Made by a program: the position numbers and the translations under genes. A model generated the notes under the pieces. It did no database searches and was not told the origin of the DNA. It was given only the letters and a program-made list of their open reading frames with translations. From NCBI RefSeq assembly GCF_001194135.2, contig NC_068982.1, positions 118,270,331-118,334,330 on the forward strand: a stretch of 64,000 nucleotides of DNA. The letters are read 5' to 3'. How positions within the stretch are numbered: position 1 is the stretch's first letter; each line of letters starts with the position of its first letter. The DNA comes from Octopus bimaculoides (Eukaryota). Positions 23,906 to 37,559 of this stretch are shown here, piece after piece.

Positions 23906-25422
23906 CATATATATATATACATACACATACATATAAGCAGGTGGCTGAGTAAATTGATCGTCAGACAAGATACATACAAAGATAAATATAATAGACGTTC
24001 TTATGGCAATTGGACTTAAATCAGGCACACACACCGGGACGCATAAGCACTGAAAAGCACTTACACACACACTGACATACATCTGCCAAACCTTAGAATT
24101 AAATATAATCAACAATCATTCAGAGACGCTTTATAACATGCGAAAAAAAGTCGAATCAAATAATAACGATAATAAGGAGGGTGTTAAGAATAAGAGAGAA
24201 AATTAGGCATATAACGCAAAACTATACGTTAGAACAAAACTTTACAATGCACCTCATATAATTTCTAATAGCAATTACATTCCACTGGATACAGTCGAGA
24301 CTGTGTTAAACGATCTTCTGTTATTCTCTCATCTTTATCTAAAACAGATCTTTTTTGAAGAGAAAGAGCTATTATTACCATTACCAAATATAAATGTTGT
24401 TGAAAATTGAGATTCAACATACTCTTATCGTCTCTTAAGTGAGATATGGAAATTAACATCTATTATTACTGAGTAGCTATGGAAAACCCTAATGGCTATA
24501 AATTGGATGGCTTTCTGAAATGTACTGGTAGTCAAATATTACTAAGATTTATGTTTGGTTTATTTTTCTACTTTTCGTTTATTTATTTATTGTACGTAAA
24601 TATGAGAAAATGGCATCATTATAACGTGATAGATCTGCATTAGCATTGATAGCGTCTCTCTGAGCTTTTCGAAGACTATCGCCAAATTTTCGCCTGAGTG
24701 AATATGACACAAGCTAGTAATCTAGCAAAGAGTGAGTATCTAGCAGTATAATTCTACGACTTGTTCAAGGAGTATGAATGATATGACGTAATGAATGATA
24801 TTTGTTTGAAAAGACTTTAGGTATTTATAAAATGTCAAGAGTTAAGATTTGGTAACCTCAAGAATGACATTTGAACCAATTACATTTTATACTAATTTTC
24901 TAAAAAAATAATCGCATTTCTTTGGGAGATATAAACCACGCTATACCAACATATTATAAAGAATCGGGATGACATCAAATGTCAGGCGTCACAAAAATCA
25001 TGATCTCTTATATGGTGAACTGGTAAGAAACAGAGTAGAATTAAGTTATAGAAACTTGTGCATACATAAACATTATAAAAAAATGAAAAACTGCATCTAT
25101 CCACATGTTTAAAAGTATAATTTAAAATGATACCTCTGTACTCCTTCTGTTATAAATACGTGAGGAAATTTGAAATATCTCTCTATAATATAGTGAAGAG
25201 ATATTAAGTTGATTATATGAATAAAAATTTATTTGGTTATTGCTCCCACCTTCGTTCATCATCGTATAGGCCATAAATCTACAAAACGAGGACCGACTCT
25301 AAGCAGTATGTATGAGAAGTTGAACGACTTAGCGGTATATTTTAAAATATAGAACAGAAAGGTAACCAATGTATTGCTCTTTATATTTGAACACAACTTT
25401 TTTCTTTTATTTTCTAACACAG

Positions 25423-25635
25423 CACTTCAATTTCGGTGACGGGACGAGCTGTGATAAAGCATGTATTACGAAGAATTCCCATCTCACTAAGTGCGCAGGA
25501 AACGCCGCAAGTAATGCAGACACAACAAGCGTGCTCATTAGCAGCTTCGACATGCCCAAACAGCCATTCAGAAATGGAATGCCTGCTCAGAGGAAGGCAC
25601 CCATTGCACGAGAAACTGAAGAACACAAACTCTAA
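25423..25635 (+). CDS. candidate terminal coding exon, product unknown
   Basis: Long pyrimidine tract plus CAG acceptor, then 70 open codons HFNFGDGTSCDKAC...ETEEHKL*. A second frame is also open and no homology is recognised. Confidence 0.25.
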   Translation, partial: HFNFGDGTSCDKACITKNSHLTKCAGNAASNADTTSVLISSFDMPKQPFRNGMPAQRKAPIARETEEHKL

Positions 25636-25899
25636 TCTGATTAGATGTGTAGTGAGGGAATGCACAACGGCAAGACGATAGATAATTTTGCTAGTGATCT
25701 AAGCTATCATGGCTCTACAAATCATGGCTAACTTCCTCTCTGTCCGTTTTTGGGCGAAGCTGACTAATCTGCTTGTTGTACAACAATCATCTGCACGTGT
25801 CCGGATATATGTTTGCCCCTGCCATCGTTTCATATATCTAAGATGTTACTGACCACTTCTTGTTCCACATTGTCAACAAAATTGCGCTGAAGTCATCCG

Positions 25900-26560
25900 C
25901 TTATACAGACGCTGCTCTCACTCGGACATCTCAATTCAAATGAGATATTCCTCAACACTTCTCCCTACCCCAGCTATTACTCATGATCTGGTACATATAT
26001 AAAAGACGAGGAGAGGAATACACGAAGAGCCAGACATGCAATTATACATCAACATCATAAGGCTAAATTATATAATATATGCCGCAGCCTCTGTAGTCAC
26101 AAAAGAAACTGGAAATTACTTCAAATTCATTCACATAAGAGTATCAAATTTTTAGAGAAATCATGGAAAACAAATATTCAGAAAAATAGGGAATAAGAAA
26201 GAGGATTTGTCAATCCTTAGTCAAATCAGTAAAGACCAACATCACGAAGCAACAATAAACAGAGACAAACACAACAAAAATATGAAATACCAAACTGAAA
26301 TTAAAGTATGCCTAAGATACAGGATCATTGCTTAATTGCAAAGAGCCCGCAGGTATGAAAAACGCCAATCGATCCTTTGAATAGAGAAAATCATTTGATT
26401 CCAACCCACACCGAATCTACCCTGAAGTATAATATAATAGAAGTCAATGAAACATCAGCACGAGGGAAAATAGGAGACCTTTGGGAAGGATTATAGCATA
26501 TGAATGAATCACACCGAAATGATTGTAGAAACAACCACGGCCTCTGAGCATATACTACAA
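25900..26560 (+). mobile_element. decayed R4/Dong-like LINE, pre-RT region
   Basis: LNYIIYAAASVVTKETG..KEDLSILSQISK..LQRARRYEKRQ..GDLWEGL match motifs I recall from R4-clade ORFs; many stops. Confidence 0.45.
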
Positions 26561-27116
26561 AAAACAAACAATTGAAAAGCATCAGAACACGACAAGATCC
26601 CTAACTCTTGAGTGAAATTCCTAAGAGGAGAACATGTGGTGCACATATGGTGCTGACATAATCAATGAGATTATGATAGATGTGAGAGTGAACATAAACT
26701 TCATTTCGCGAAGAGATAGTCTTTAAAAAATGCCGATATAAGCTTGCTTCAATGTCTAAATGAACAAGTAATGGAATTAACAAATTTGAGAGTATTTCAT
26801 TGTAGAAATAAGATTTGAAAGTCAGTCAAGTGATTGCATAAACTATTAGTGAAGACCAACGAGTTGAAGAAACAAGAGATGTAAATGACCTCATAAACTG
26901 CTCAAATCCATTTGCTACAGAAGTTTCTGAAATTAAAATTTGAGCCAAGAAGATTTCACAATGAGGTTGAACAGCTTAATACTTATAATGTGGTAATACA
27001 TATTATAACAAAAGTTAATACTGGAAATGAAAAGCATAAGGATGAGCCTCGAAGAAATTATTACCTCAGATATGGAAGTTTATAATCTGCAAGAAAAAAA
27101 ATTTAAAAAAACAATA

Positions 27117-27550
27117 GGCTCAGTGTGGTTGTGTGGTAAGTAGCTTGCTAACCAATTACATTTTCCCGGGTCCCATCCCGCTGCGTGGCACGTTGGGTAA
27201 GTGTCTTCTACTATAGCCTCGGGCTGACCAAAGCCTTGTGAGTGAATTTGGTAGTTGGAAACTGAAACAAGGCCGTCGTATATATATGTATGTGTGTATA
27301 TATACATATATATGTATATGTATGTGTATATGTCTGTTGTGTCTGTGTTTGTTCCCCCATCGTCACTTGACAACTGATGTTGGAGTGTTTAAGTCCCCGT
27401 AAATTAGCGGTTCGGCAAAAGAGACCGATAGAATAAGTACTAGGCTTACAAAGAATAGGTCCTGAGTCGATTTGTTCGACTAAAGGCGGTGCTCCAGCAT
27501 GGCCGCAGTCAAATGACTGAAACAAATTAAAGAACGAAAAAGAATAAAGA
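27117..27550 (+). mobile_element. SINE family A, near full length
   Basis: GTGGTTGTGTGGTAAGTAGCTTGC head through GGCGGTGCTCCAGCATGGCCGCAGTCAAATGACTGAAAC and an A-rich tail. Confidence 0.9.
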
Positions 27551-27879
27551 CAAAATTCAAAGAAAGCCAGTTATAAATTGCACTTATCGACGACTAATGA
27601 ATCAACATCAGCAGAGATAGTTCTTCAGAAACGACGGCAGGGCATTTTACCATTAACTAGACAATGAGAATGAAGACCAGAAAAGCGATATACTAAAATT
27701 ACTTTTTAAAAAAAGGGCTATAACAAAGCAGATTTGCACGAGGAGTTTAAAAGTGGCTTAAAAATTAAATTAACATAAGCTAATGCATCGAATATGAGAA
27801 CGAAAATGGAAATTGTGCTTTAAAATGTCATAGTGCAAAGCTCTTACTCCTGATGGTTTTCAGTGTTATTAGCCTGGTA

Positions 27880-29200
27880 TTAGAGTGAATGCAGGAATCA
27901 GATATTTGAAATACTACGAATCCCGCTACCATACTGAGGCATTTTCCAACGGAACGTAAAAAAAATGGAACACCAATATGAATGACAAAAGAGAGGTCAT
28001 TGTAACCACAGAGTAAAGAAAGTAAGAGATTGGTAATCATAGGCTTATTGTGTGTTTACCATTCATCCTGGAATTTACTAGCTTGTCGCAATGCAATTTA
28101 ATTGTATTGCGCTATTGAAAATGCGAAACTGGTACCAGTAGAGCAAAAAGTGTGTAGATAAACATCAAAGGGAAATGCCTGCTTATTTTATATAGATTAC
28201 CTGGCATAAAGTGAAGTGTGGATAAGAAAGCAAAACATGGTGAGTAAATGGATTGCAAGAATTTATATGATAGTACAATAGTTTGATGTGCCTAAGGACC
28301 CTCGGAGTCCATGATAAGATAAAGAGATTTCCGGAAAAAGCGATTAAAGAATCGCAAGCAGCACAAACATGCGAAAGTGACTAATTAGAAAATGACAAAA
28401 TCCGGAGGGTTGTATTTAAGGGTAACTCGCTCGATCTATTATTTTATCAAGAGTAAGCTAATGAGCTTGCTAAGAAGAAGGAGAGCATAAAATCTATCAT
28501 ATCTATAATCTTCAATTATACACGAAAATGGAAATGACCTGGATTCACTTTCTAAAACAGTAAAGTAATGTAAACGTATATTGGTATGGAGTTTGAGCTG
28601 AATATATGTGTAGCCTTAATTGTGAAGTGAGATATAAAGTTAAAAAATTATTGGATGAAACTACCACAGATTATATCATCTGATAGCTGAAAATAATTAA
28701 GAACTCACTGGTTCAGCGGGGCGTTAAAATCGAGAAAAGACAATCGAATTAGGAAGTCTCTGAATAATGCAAGAGTACGCCGCAAGCTAGTACAATATTT
28801 ATATAGTCGTAAGCATGAATATATAAGATAAATTTTGCTTTGAGTTGCTGGCGAAGTTTGTGGAATGTACAGTCAAACAACAGTACGAATACATTCAAAT
28901 TAAGTCATGATGAATGATAGTTCCTGGAAATTATGGGATTAACCCATAGACACATGTCATCTAGTCATAAATAGCAATGATTGAGCCGCAAAATCTCTTC
29001 CGAAGATAGAACGATATGGGCGGGAGTGAGCTTTGTATGATTATCTCATATGATAGAGAAATATTAGTCGTGAGAACAAAATAAATTAGCATCACTAATT
29101 ACTACAAACATGTGACGAGAACGAAGCAAGCAATTCTGAAGTGAAAAATAAAAGTGTTATAAAATGTTACCTTATTTGCAGCTGAAGGCGAGTATTTCCA
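27880..29200 (+). mobile_element. decayed R4/Dong-like LINE reverse transcriptase
   Basis: IENAKLVPVEQKVCR (LLPxEQKGCR), RVVFKGNSLDLLF (RGIFQGDSLSPLLF), LQLYTK / NGNDLDSLSKTVK and TNYYKHV appear in the expected order. A further fragment at ~29650-29800 (RLHLQRSDIEK). Confidence 0.65.
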
Positions 29201-31468
29201 TGGGACAGCTACCTACTTCTCTGCAGACCACTAACTTGTATAACTGCTATGGGCGGACAGTTAGCTATTATTTTATATAGACTACAGATGGCTGTACGCT
29301 AAACACAAAGAAACTATGTGCAGACGGTACACTGATTTATTTATTCTTTTCAATTAGGATAAGGCATTAATGTAAACTGGGATAGCTGAAAATGGGTTAA
29401 GACTAAGTATATATGTATAACAATGTGGAAATAAATTAATTACAAGAAACACAGAACTACAAATGCTTTAAAACCAAATATGTCTATATAGTAGTGTGGA
29501 AAGTATTATTGACACATTAGATTAATATTCAGAAGTGAACTAATGTAAAAATATTTACAAAATAAGGTGAAATACATCAATATTCTAGCTATCCCAGCAA
29601 TATATCTTTTTTTATTATATTCACATATGCTAAAAGAACTCGCCATACTAAAGAAAGAAAAAAACAACAAGAGAAATAACTTCATTTAGATTACATCTCC
29701 AAAGAAGTGACATAGAAAAGATTATATTTATAATATAGTAGAGCAGAGAGCCTTGTGTCACAAGAAAATTCTTATGAAACATTTTGTACAGCTACAAATA
29801 TATGTTGTAAAAATAATAGAAAACAAGTTCTTATAGATACAAAACATGAACAAAATGAAAAACTGCTTTCCGCTTTAAGGAAAAAAAATCAAATGTAAAA
29901 TAATATCTAAAATGAGAATCAGCTTTGAAGGGCAAAGGGGAAGCAGCAATAGAAATACTTATAAAAGCTAAAAGTACTAAACTGAAAATTTGGCTATAAA
30001 TCTACCAAGTTAAAATGGCTGTAAGAAAAGGCTATAATTGCAAATACTGGAATAAAGAAAAGATTGGAAAGAAAAAAAAATATGATCGCACGTCTCTGAG
30101 ATCAGGTCGTAGAGTTGACATTAAAAGTCACTTGTGTATGACAGAGGATTAAAAAACAAATCCTCAACACGGGTAAACAATATATATAGTGAAAGCGAAT
30201 ACATTAAATAACAGGAGAATATGTTGAAGGTAAGAATAAAAATTATTCAAATTGTCTCCATTAAAAAAACAAAGTACATGCATTACAATGTTTAGGGTTT
30301 TATATGATGAGGAATTAATTCAGCATTGTGAAATACCAACAGAGAATGGACCATATAATGTTTAAACTAAAAATGACTCATACACTGACTGATAACCGTT
30401 CTCCGTGGTATATCAAGTATTATCTAAGATACTGCTGTCACAGACAAGCAGGATACGCTATATCTGGGCGGAGATAAAGAAGACAAGTATATAGAAGCGG
30501 AGAAAGGAAATCAAGCCCTAAAAGCGTATGTTGGTGAGGATAAAACATATCATACAAATATCATAGAAATATATAATGCAAAGAACAACATCAACATGTG
30601 TATAAAGGAAAATAAAATATCATTGATAATCGTTTCATGCATACTATATAAAGTACTTTCCAGAGTATTGAAAATGCAAACACCAAAGCAAAACACTTGC
30701 TTGCATCCAATGCGTAAAGAACTGCGCTCAGCATCAGAGCGAAGGCAGTTAATAAAAATAAAGCAACTGAAACGAAGTAATAAAAAGACAAATAATAATA
30801 TCGTTGCACCTGGCAAAATTTCAAGCAAAGGATTCAGGAAATGAATGTTCCAGTCTTTTGATTGTAATATTGCATTTTGGCGTGTCGACGTCCATCAATA
30901 TATAGGAATTATATACACCATAATAATTCTGAGATTCATAGTTTGCATGCCTGTCGCATTTTAGGAGCAGGTGTGCTGTGCAGACTGGCGCCTTGATGCA
31001 GCAGAATGTCTCTTTTATCTTTTAACTAACAATTCCCACAACGTATCAAAGTATATAAGAAATCAAAAAATTGTAAGGTGTATATATATGTGGTTATGTG
31101 CTTGTACGTTTCCATGTATTAGATTATATGTATAAGAATGTATTTTTATTTCGCTTATACACACACGAGCAAACACAAACACAACCACACGCACGTTCGC
31201 GCCCATACACACATACACAAACATACACAAGCACGCACACAAATATTTATATATACATATACTCACATTCACAAAGGTTTGTCTGTACAAAAGGGAGAGC
31301 AGGAATTGACAGAAGTGGTGAGAGAATTGAAAGAGTGAGAGAGTGAGCAAGAAAGAAAGAAAGGGACCCATACATGGATAAAGAATTTATTCTTAGAAGA
31401 CGTCAAACCGTTTCATACATACATGTAAACATGTGTGTGTGTGTGTGTGTGTAAATTATACATACATA

Positions 31469-31511
<43 letters not shown>

Positions 31512-33199
31512 NNNNNNNNNNNNNNNNNNNNNNNNNNNNNNNNNNNNNNNNNNNNNNNNNNNNNNNNNNNNNNNNNNNNNNNNNNNNNNNNNNNNNNNNN
31601 NNNNNNNNNNNNNNNNNNNNNNNNNNNNNNNNNNNNNNNNNNNNNNNNNNNNNNNNNNNNNNNNNNNNNNNNNNNNNNNNNNNNNNNNNNNNNNNNNNNN
31701 NNNNNNNNNNNNNNNNNNNNNNNNNNNNNNNNNNNNNNNNNNNNNNNNNNNNNNNNNNNNNNNNNNNNNNNNNNNNNNNNNNNNNNNNNNNNNNNNNNNN
31801 NNNNNNNNNNNNNNNNNNNNNNNNNNNNNNNNNNNNNNNNNNNNNNNNNNNNNNNNNNNNNNNNNNNNNNNNNNNNNNNNNNNNNNNNNNNNNNNNNNNN
31901 NNNNNNNNNNNNNNNNNNNNNNNNNNNNNNNNNNNNNNNNNNNNNNNNNNNNNNNNNNNNNNNNNNNNNNNNNNNNNNNNNNCTCAAACGGGTTCGGCGT
32001 TTGTTAAACACCGATCATATCAAAAGTTGATATAATTATCATTACATTTTCTATGTGATTTAGAAAGCTATTATAAGCGTGGTTATCCAATTTGGCTAAA
32101 TGCATATAATTTACATCTTTCAACCTCAACTACTGGTTGGACAGTGATTCTTGTGGTGAAGTTCCCTATTGAGAATTGTATTATTTTGTTTATATACTGC
32201 AGTACTCGGCTACTAAGCATAAAATTATGGTTACATAAATTAACTAGATTTTGCATAAATTGGATAAAACGATACCAGCACACTCCCTTAGGTGTGAGAA
32301 TGTGAATTATTACAGCCAAGCGACAATTTGAGTTTCATCAACCTGTACTAAGAGAAAACGAAGCTAACTGTTAGTAAATAAATAATTAATCAAAGGAATA
32401 TGGAAACAGAAGTAAAATTTCACTTATATATTTGCTGCTTTTATCTTTGAGGAAATGTTATTTGATTAATGATTTTCTCAATGAGTAACGTGTACCGAGG
32501 TATGCTGCAATACTTGTAGTTATAAATATTAGATTTTTTTTGTTTTAGTTAGCAAAAAAAAAAAAAATAAATAAAAATATTACCTCCATCTCCATCTCGG
32601 GAAAAGCGAGATGCAATCGATCATCTTGCGACAATATTAATGTTGGTTGATTTCACCCACTTTGAGATTTATCATTCTCCCTTTTGATGCTCATAATAAC
32701 AAAAGGCTTACAGGAAACTGAAATGCTTAAAATTCGTAGCTTTGAGTCAGTCATTAACGTCATCTGCCAGTGTATTGTTTAAGTGTGATAAATAGAATTT
32801 TTGTTTTCTGCTTTCTTTTACGTTTTCGTCCTGAAAATGCGATGTTGGTTTTCAAAATCATGCCGAAGGAAAAGCTATCAAGTTTCAAAATCAACCAATA
32901 ATGAATAAAGATGCATCTATGCATTTCAGGTTTGAAAGAAATTTAGAAGTGTAATGACTGAAAATTCCACTCGTGTATTATGTCGCCACTATTCTAATAA
33001 GGACAATGTCTGGTGGCTTCCGTCTTTGGGGAGTAAATCTTAAAAAATCCATGTTTCTTTGTTTGCTTGTAAGAGTTTATCGGCATATAATCATCTTGCA
33101 TCATTTGTCACTCATTTTAGCTAACATGATCCTCGATTTGAACAATTGTTTTATGTTTCTATGAATCGGCCATTACGCCTTCTAATTTGATATTTATTT

Positions 33200-33426
33200 T
33201 TAGGTGACTGTCTGTAAAGTTAATATAAATTTTTCATGCATATTTCCATTATCACATCCTTCAGTATTTAAAGGGTAGGACTGAATACTCTTTGTGATGA
33301 CTGGAGAAATGTGGACATCCTCACACATCTCTGAAAAGCAATTAATTTTGTGCTTTAGCCTACAGGTGCATTGGATTCGATGGATAATACGAATTGATGA
33401 ATTTGCTGAACAAATGTTAAAATTTT
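33200..33426 (-). CDS. candidate phase-1 coding exon, product unknown
   Basis: Strong acceptor CTTTTCGTATTTCCTATTTTGCAG, then 74 sense codons and a stop: NFNICSANSSIRIIHRIQCTCRLKHKINCFSEMCEDV...LQTVT*. No homology recognised. Confidence 0.25.
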
Positions 33427-34535
33427 CTGCAAAATAGGAAATACGAAAAGCTTCTGTGCCCTGTTGCTATTATCTTCGACTTAAAAGTCCTCGCATGCTT
33501 TTGTCAATGTAATTTTGTCCACATACTTACATACGATATAAAAGCTAAAGGTCAAATTTCAGTCCTTATATATGCTTTAAAGATCATGGATAAGAGCTGT
33601 ATATATGTAACTCTCCTCTGAATGTCTATTTTAGTTGAGAAATTTGATTGGTAGGCACATATGAGTATCCAACGAGTTATGTTTTGCGAATCACAATTAA
33701 AAAATCCATCAAATATGTTTTTTCACAATGCCACTGAGGAAGGGAACCAGGTGAGAACAGTTTGTAGTTTCAGAGATCGTTTCCTCTAACCAAAGAAAAT
33801 AACGAGCTTCTGGCATTCTATAATGCAGCGAAAACAACAAAACTATCCCGAAATAGATGCTTTTATAAATAGCTCTTTCAACTGGATCTCCAATGGCAAT
33901 AATATGCAAATATATAACCTTGTGGCATAGAAACAATTCAGTTAATATTCCATGACATCTTGGATTTTATGAGAAATAAATGAACAGATCAATGTGGCCA
34001 AACATTCCGACATACCTATAACCTCTTCAATTTATTCACGCTTGCATTTATACACCGTGTCCTATGAATGATTAGGACTACTTTGAGAAATTAAGCAACA
34101 TTCATGTGATTTCAGCCGTTGATAAAATCTTCTTATAGGCTAAGTTTAATGACTTCATTTTCATGGACTTACTCTCTGTACTTAACGAGCTGTTAATGGA
34201 AACGATTAATTTGAACTGAGGCACAAGACTAACAATTTAGAGAAGTGACTGCTCGTAATTGACTGATAATATTTTTTTTTTCACTTCAAAAATATGAAAA
34301 TAAAGTTGAATTTGGTGGATTTCAAATTCACCTTCCAGAGACAGTAGTGCAGCAACTCATATAAATGTAAGAGATTGGTGAAATTTCTGCAAAAAAATAT
34401 ATTTTGTATAGAACTGCTCTGCAACATGTACGTCATATGATAAAGGTCACATCATTACAAATAATGACATTAAAACTACGTTCATATTTTCTAGCAACAC
34501 ATTTTCTGCGTGGATAGTTAATTTTAGTGACAATC

Positions 34536-34742
34536 TCATGCATAATTCTCCTGAGTAGTTTCAAAGCTCTTTAAATATTCATTATGTTGAGCAAACGCTT
34601 CCTGAATATCAAGCAATGTTTCCACTGAAAAACTTACAATATTCTTAGCAAGTTTCCTTTTCTGCCATTGATTGTCACCCCTGAAGTATGCTTGAATGTT
34701 TATGTGATCAGCTTTCGAAAGCGGACGGAGTATCACTGTCAT
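34536..34742 (-). mobile_element. Helitron Rep/Hel fragment
   Basis: IQAYFRGDNQ..VETLLDIQEAFAQHNEYLKSFET resembles the Helitron FLQIYF.GD..LQ.ML...N.YV..FK segment. Confidence 0.6.
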
Positions 34743-34859
34743 AATAAATTTGTTGTTTTATACCTAATTTAATCAATTAATGCTTAAATTTGGACGAATG
34801 ATGGACGGAACACTGGTAAGCATTTTGAAAAGCAGCAAGGGCGTGCGTATATCTATGAC

Positions 34860-34942
34860 TTTGACCCGAAAATGTAATGGTGGACGAAAGGCCGCTAAGC
34901 ATTTTGCCCGGCGTGCTAAAGGTTTTCTTAGATCACCGCCTT
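34860..34942 (-). mobile_element. SINE family B head fragment
   Basis: Reverse complement GGCGGTGATC..TTAGCACGCCGGGCAAAATGCTTAGCGGC matches the head at 1455. Confidence 0.7.
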
Positions 34943-35610
34943 CAATACTATAGATACTACAACACTTTTCTAAGGTTAGTGGATGTAATTTTTACTTTTT
35001 TTTCCGAAAGATTTCATTCTGTCCCAATTCATTTAACAAAGTTTAATTAATGAATGCTTAAATTTCATATAGTTGTTAAATGAATTGGAATGAGAATGAA
35101 GTCTTTCTGAGAATTTTTTTTAAAGTGTTACATCCACTGGCCTTCATAGACATACGCATGCCATGACTACTTTCAAAATTACGCTAATCAACAAAAACTT
35201 GCTACGTTAATTTTGAAATGAAATCTTCACAAACATTTCAAAGTTAACAGGTTGTGTTAACAAAGCCTAAATGTGAATTTACAAGTAAATGAAAAAATAT
35301 GAGTATTGCCTCACGTGATCTTTAATTTTAATAGTTGATGCACTAATGTAACATTCAATAAGAATGCTTTGCAAAATTAATTGCTCCTATGAAGTATCAA
35401 AAAAACAAAAATATACTCATAGAAAAGCAACATTTCATCGGAATGAGTGACACAGAGAAATAAGTGTAAGAGTTCGACATTAAAATTCATATTATTCTTA
35501 AAGGAAAGTTTTTGTTTCTTTTCCATCTGCTACATGTAAATAAAGACTATTCTGACTTGGAACTTATTTATACATTTTTATTTAGAAAATATATTTAATT
35601 CGGTGGAATA

Positions 35611-35666
<56 letters not shown>

Positions 35667-36440
35667 CAAGATATTATATTTGCATCCATGAACACATATA
35701 AAGAATTGACCAAGAATAGCGATACAGAATAAATTGGTATGTAATTTCTTATCAACCATTATAATTTTTTTGGTAACAGCTGACCATCTACTTTGAAATA
35801 TATTCTCCAACACTAAATTTCTTTCAGTGAATTCTAAAACTGTTCACTATTACTTGGAACATATATGCAATCACTTTTATGTAGAAAGAAGTTAATTTAT
35901 ATTACTACGCTTTATAACTGTAGAATTTAGGTTCGATTTCAATAGATATACAGCAGACGCATGTAAACAGCCGTCTATACTTTGTCGCGAGTATGTATAT
36001 ACCTGTGCCTGCCTAATTGTGAACATAGTCTTGTTAGATCTGTCCCATGATTCGAAGCATTCGAGTGAAATTGATATTTCTAAATATATTTTCAGTTTAG
36101 CATTTTACATAGAAGATGCAGCTCAAAATTTAACATTTTCTAAGCATAATGAAGCGTAATATTTTAACTTCTATTATGTTTAATCATTGAAAAATATTGT
36201 GAGACTGTGCATGTTACGTTTATTTTTGCTTATTATTCGAGTTCTGTTGCGGTTTTGTATATATTATTTAGAAAAAAAAATGTTATGTGGTAGATGTGTA
36301 TGCTTATAACATCACGCCTACCTACTATTTATTTTACAAGCACATTTTATTAAATTGATTACACTTAGAGTTGAACTATGAACAGGCAAACTCATTCATT
36401 CATACTTTAATATATATATATGCATGTACGTACATGATCT

Positions 36441-36482
<42 letters not shown>

Positions 36483-36589
36483 TATATATATATTGATAGA
36501 AAAGACAACAAAAGAAAGAAAGAGACCTCGATATTATGTAAATAGAGGAATTTATCTGTATAAATATGTAACACTTATTCGGTAGTCAT

Positions 36590-36650
36590 GATAAAACTCC
36601 GAGTTTCGGATGACAGGGCGGAAACCCACGCCACCATGTCTTTAGCTATC
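36590..36650 (-). ncRNA. degenerate type I hammerhead ribozyme, probably inactive
   Basis: Minus strand: GATAG-CTAAAGA-C-ATGGTGGCGTGG-GTTT-CCGCCCTGTCAT-CC-GAAA-CTC-G-GAG-T-T-TTATC. All three stems can form, but core G5 is A and the cleavage triplet is GUU. Confidence 0.55.
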
Positions 36651-37559
36651 TGGCCATTGAAAATCCCTGCGACCGTTAAANNNNNNNNNNNNNNNNNNNN
36701 NNNNNNNNNNNNNNNNNNNNNNNNNNNNNNNNNNNNNNNNNNNNNNNNNNNNNNNNNNNNNNNNNNNNNNNNNNNNNNNNNNNNNNNNNNNNNNNNNNNN
36801 NNNNNNNNNNNNNNNNNNNNNNNATATATATATATATATATATATACCCGCATACACCCACACACACACACATGCACAACACCCTCGCACCCATAAACAC
36901 ACACGCAAAATAAGGTCCATACACATTTCAAATACGTACATGCTCAACATGAAAAAAAGCGGCTACAAGCAAAATACAGAAAGAAGTGTGAAAAAGCCAT
37001 AAGGGCAAAACGCGTCTATATGCGCATATTGTCGCATGCACGCACATACATCTATATGCGCACCTACCCGCACACACGCACACATCCACAAGCGCGCACA
37101 CAAGGTTCTATGTACACGTCTATAGACGCACAGGAAACCAAAAGCAGGGTGGAAGGGAGAATACAGAAAAAATATATGTGAAAAATATACAAAACATTAT
37201 CTCTATAAGTATGTAAAAACATATATAAAATATATGGAATATATATTAAAAAATATATAAGAAATCTAAGTAAAAAGTATAGAGAGATGAAACGGTTTTA
37301 CATAGACACAAATATAGAAAGCAAGTCCTATCAGTAAACTTGGGAGGACCTAAAACGTAGCAAATATTTAGCCACAGTGGACATGATCTGAAAAGTTCAC
37401 CCTTATTTTATACTAGGGCAACGCTATTAAAAATGTCCCTATCAGAGGAGAGGCTAGAAATTCTTTTACTTAATTATTTTAACTAAATTTTTAAACAGGA
37501 TAGTATATTGCGTATTAAAAAGAAGTTCTCAACAACAGTGAGAAAAACCGTTGGAAGTA

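Noticed and set aside
30550-30844. Overlapping hydrophobic ORFs resembling a membrane protein
   Set aside because: Antisense of an A-rich stretch; several frames are open and there is no consistent donor/acceptor pair.
35690-35770. Signal-peptide-like MVDKKLHTNLFCIAILGQFFICVHG on the minus strand
   Set aside because: No GT donor follows and the frame runs into a (CT)n microsatellite.
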